Of a stretch of DNA of 20,154 nucleotides, positions 18,607 to 20,154 are shown one piece after another. Position 1 is the first letter of the stretch. Each line of letters starts with the position of its first letter. The notes below the pieces were generated by a model, which was given only the letters and a program-made list of their open reading frames with translations, was not told where the DNA came from and ran no database searches. Origin of the DNA: Gemmatimonadota bacterium (lineage in GTDB: Bacteria; Gemmatimonadota; Gemmatimonadetes; Gemmatimonadales; GWC2-71-9); assembly GCA_039588295.1 (NCBI GenBank), contig JBDHAB010000048.1, forward strand, positions 1 through 20,154. Direction: 5' to 3'. A program made the position numbers and the translations under genes.

Positions 18607-18632
18607 TGCATCGTGCCCACGTGATTCGGCAC
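18603..18632 (-). CDS. Putative 9-aa leader peptide (MPNHVGTMQ) translationally coupled to the MttB gene
   Basis: AAGGAGG SD (18640-18646) lies 7 nt before GTG 18632; the TGA stop overlaps the MttB ATG (ATGA). Confidence 0.4.
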   Translation of the reverse strand: MPNHVGTMQ

Positions 18633-18675
18633 CGGCACCCCTCCTTCGCCTTCACGACCCGTAGATGACTCGCGA

Positions 18676-18704
18676 ATTGTACCGTCGAGGGTTCGGCCAC
18701 TCAA
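18676..18704 (-). promoter_or_regulatory. Sigma70-type promoter of the methyltransferase operon
   Basis: TTGAGT-N17-TACAAT on the minus strand, about 70 nt upstream of the MttB start codon. Confidence 0.65.
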
Positions 18705-18916
18705 GCAAGCGTGTGTCACGCTCAGCCCCTCACCCTGTCCTCCTGGCGGCGGCGCTGGGGGCTGATCAGACCGGTGGTCCCGCGGCCCGCCACCAATGGT
18801 ACGAAATGTATCGGTCCGACTCGTCTTGATACGCCGCTGCGTTTTGTGACGCCGGACACAATGCCGTAACCCATTCACAGTTAGATAGTTGGCCCTCCGG
18901 TTCCATGGGTGCCAGG

Positions 18917-18931
18917 TGGCATCGTTCGTGC
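18917..18931 (+). promoter_or_regulatory. Sigma54 (-24/-12) promoter upstream of the lipoprotein genes
   Basis: TGGCATCGTTCGTGC = GG-N10-GC, close to the TGGCAC-N5-TTGC consensus; AT-richer tract and TGT-N10-ACA (18845-18860) upstream. Confidence 0.55.
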
Positions 18932-19036
18932 GACCAGTGCCTCGCGTGTGCAAGACGTTTCCGGCGTGCAGGACGTCTAGCCAAGTGATGGGAAGGACGA
19001 TAGAGACATGACCATTTCACTCGTGCGAGGTAACCG

Positions 19037-19840
19037 ATGAGACGCATGACCAGCTTTACCCTGGTGGCCGCGCTGGCGGCCCTTGCCGCCTGCAGTGACG
19101 GGGGGCCGGGATCCACCGTTGCGATCCGGTTCGCCACGGCTCCGACCGGAGCCGCTCCGGCCCCGTTCGCCACCCCCGGCGCCGACATGTCGGCTGCCGC
19201 GGCGCAGGACATCGCTCTTGAAGGATCCAACGGCCGTCTCACGATCACCGACATCCGGGTGATCGTCGAGGAACTCGAGCTGGAGCCGGTCGAGACCGGT
19301 GACTGCGACGACGACGTGGTGGAAGTGGAATGCCCCGACTTCGAGCAGCGATGGTTCTTCGTACAGGTGCCGGTGGATGGCACCGATCTGCAAGTGGCCG
19401 TCACGCAGGCCGACGGCAGGTTCGACGAGGTCGAGTTCGAGGTGGGTGATGCGGAAGTCGACGACGACGACGCCGATGACCTGCTGGACGCCCAGCTGAT
19501 CGAGGACCTGTTCAACAACGACATCCTGCCGGAATTCCCCAACTGGCCGGAGAAGGCCAGCATGGTCATTGTCGGGACATTCGAGCCGAAGAACCCGGAC
19601 GGCTCCTTCGGCGCGGCGCAGTCCTTTGAGACGTATTTCGAGGCAGAGATCGAGGTCGAGTTCGACCTGATTCCGCCGTTCGACACGGCGACCGATACCG
19701 ACATCACGATCGTACTTCATCCGGACATGTGGTTCGGTCTGCCGGACGGGACGGTCATGGACCTTGCCGCGTTGCAAGGACAGCTGCTCGAGTTCGAGCT
19801 CGAGTTCGAGGACGGACTGGAGATAGAGATCGACGACTGA
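19037..19840 (+). CDS. Highly acidic lipoprotein of unknown function
   Basis: Lipobox LAAC after a basic then hydrophobic signal; GAGG SD; beta-strand-like pattern; about 60 D/E versus about 9 K/R by manual count. Confidence 0.85.
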   Translation: MRRMTSFTLVAALAALAACSDGGPGSTVAIRFATAPTGAAPAPFATPGADMSAAAAQDIALEGSNGRLTITDIRVIVEELELEPVETGDCDDDVVEVECPDFEQRWFFVQVPVDGTDLQVAVTQADGRFDEVEFEVGDAEVDDDDADDLLDAQLIEDLFNNDILPEFPNWPEKASMVIVGTFEPKNPDGSFGAAQSFETYFEAEIEVEFDLIPPFDTATDTDITIVLHPDMWFGLPDGTVMDLAALQGQLLEFELEFEDGLEIEIDD

Positions 19841-19865
19841 CGCAGCTCGGAGCGAATATGGTATC

Positions 19866-19900
19866 CCGGGTGCTCTCCACTGGAGAGCACCCGGTTCTTC
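19866..19900 (+). terminator. Perfect 14-bp inverted repeat with weak U tract; attenuating terminator or mRNA-stabilising hairpin
   Basis: CCGGGTGCTCTCCA-C-TGGAGAGCACCCGG followed by TTCTTC. Confidence 0.6.
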
Positions 19901-19917
19901 AGAGGAGGTGACTCATC

Positions 19918-20154
19918 ATGCAGCGTTTTCGCATAGCAACCATCGTCGGGAGTGCCGTGGCGCTTTTCGGGGCGTGCGGTGAGTCCACGGGCCCGGCCGT
20001 CAACCGCAACGACCCTGGGACAGGGACGAACACCCTCAGTGTCATCGCCGACATCGATGGCCAAGACATCCCCGGCGGCCTCGCGACCGACATGGACGTG
20101 CAGCTCCGCGATGCGCAGGGCGCTCCGGTGTCCGGAGCGACGGTGACGATCCAG
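19918..20154 (+). CDS. Lipoprotein, 5' part (runs off the window), probable Ig-like / carboxypeptidase-regulatory-like domain
   Basis: Manual translation MQRFRIATIVGSAVALFGAC-GESTGP...VQLRDAQGAPVSGATVTIQ; GAGGAGG SD at 19902-19908; lipobox-like FGAC. Not in the ORF track. Confidence 0.85.
   Translation, partial: MQRFRIATIVGSAVALFGACGESTGPAVNRNDPGTGTNTLSVIADIDGQDIPGGLATDMDVQLRDAQGAPVSGATVTIQ

Noticed and set aside
18722..18795. Stem-rich segment ending in CCACCA, possible tRNA or ncRNA
   Set aside because: No TTCGA T-loop, D-arm or cloverleaf; short stems are expected by chance at this GC content.
18607..19036. Cobalamin or SAM riboswitch upstream of the methyltransferase operon
   Set aside because: No recognisable B12-box or SAM-I core, and the predicted promoter leaves only about 60 nt of leader. 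An Rfam scan would be decisive.
1..20154. CRISPR arrays, IS elements, integrases, defence systems
   Set aside because: No regularly spaced repeats and no transposase, recombinase or nuclease motifs were seen; almost all sequence is explained by ordinary CDSs.

Overview
GC-rich bacterial window. The kinase-TM-TPR gene type and the secreted hydrolases suggest a Gemmatimonadota-like organism (inference). From left to right it holds: the 5' part of an argininosuccinate synthase gene whose start looks disrupted; a cytidylate-kinase-like/BON fusion; a His/Met-rich Spy/CpxP-like protein; a membrane Ser/Thr kinase with TPRs; three secreted hydrolases (S9 peptidase, beta-lactamase-fold serine hydrolase, M14 carboxypeptidase); a DinB protein; a UroD/MtbA-family protein; a five-gene minus-strand operon; and two lipoproteins behind a probable sigma54 promoter. 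The operon is the main feature: non-pyrrolysine MttB-family methyltransferase, stand-alone MetH reactivation domain, corrinoid protein, homocysteine S-methyltransferase and Na+/solute symporter. It reads as a split methionine synthase in which the methyl-folate (pterin) module is replaced by an MttB methyltransferase, i.e. a candidate folate-independent, B12-dependent route from an imported methylated amine to methionine, with a convergent MT2-like gene next to it. No mobile elements, CRISPR arrays or RNA genes were seen.
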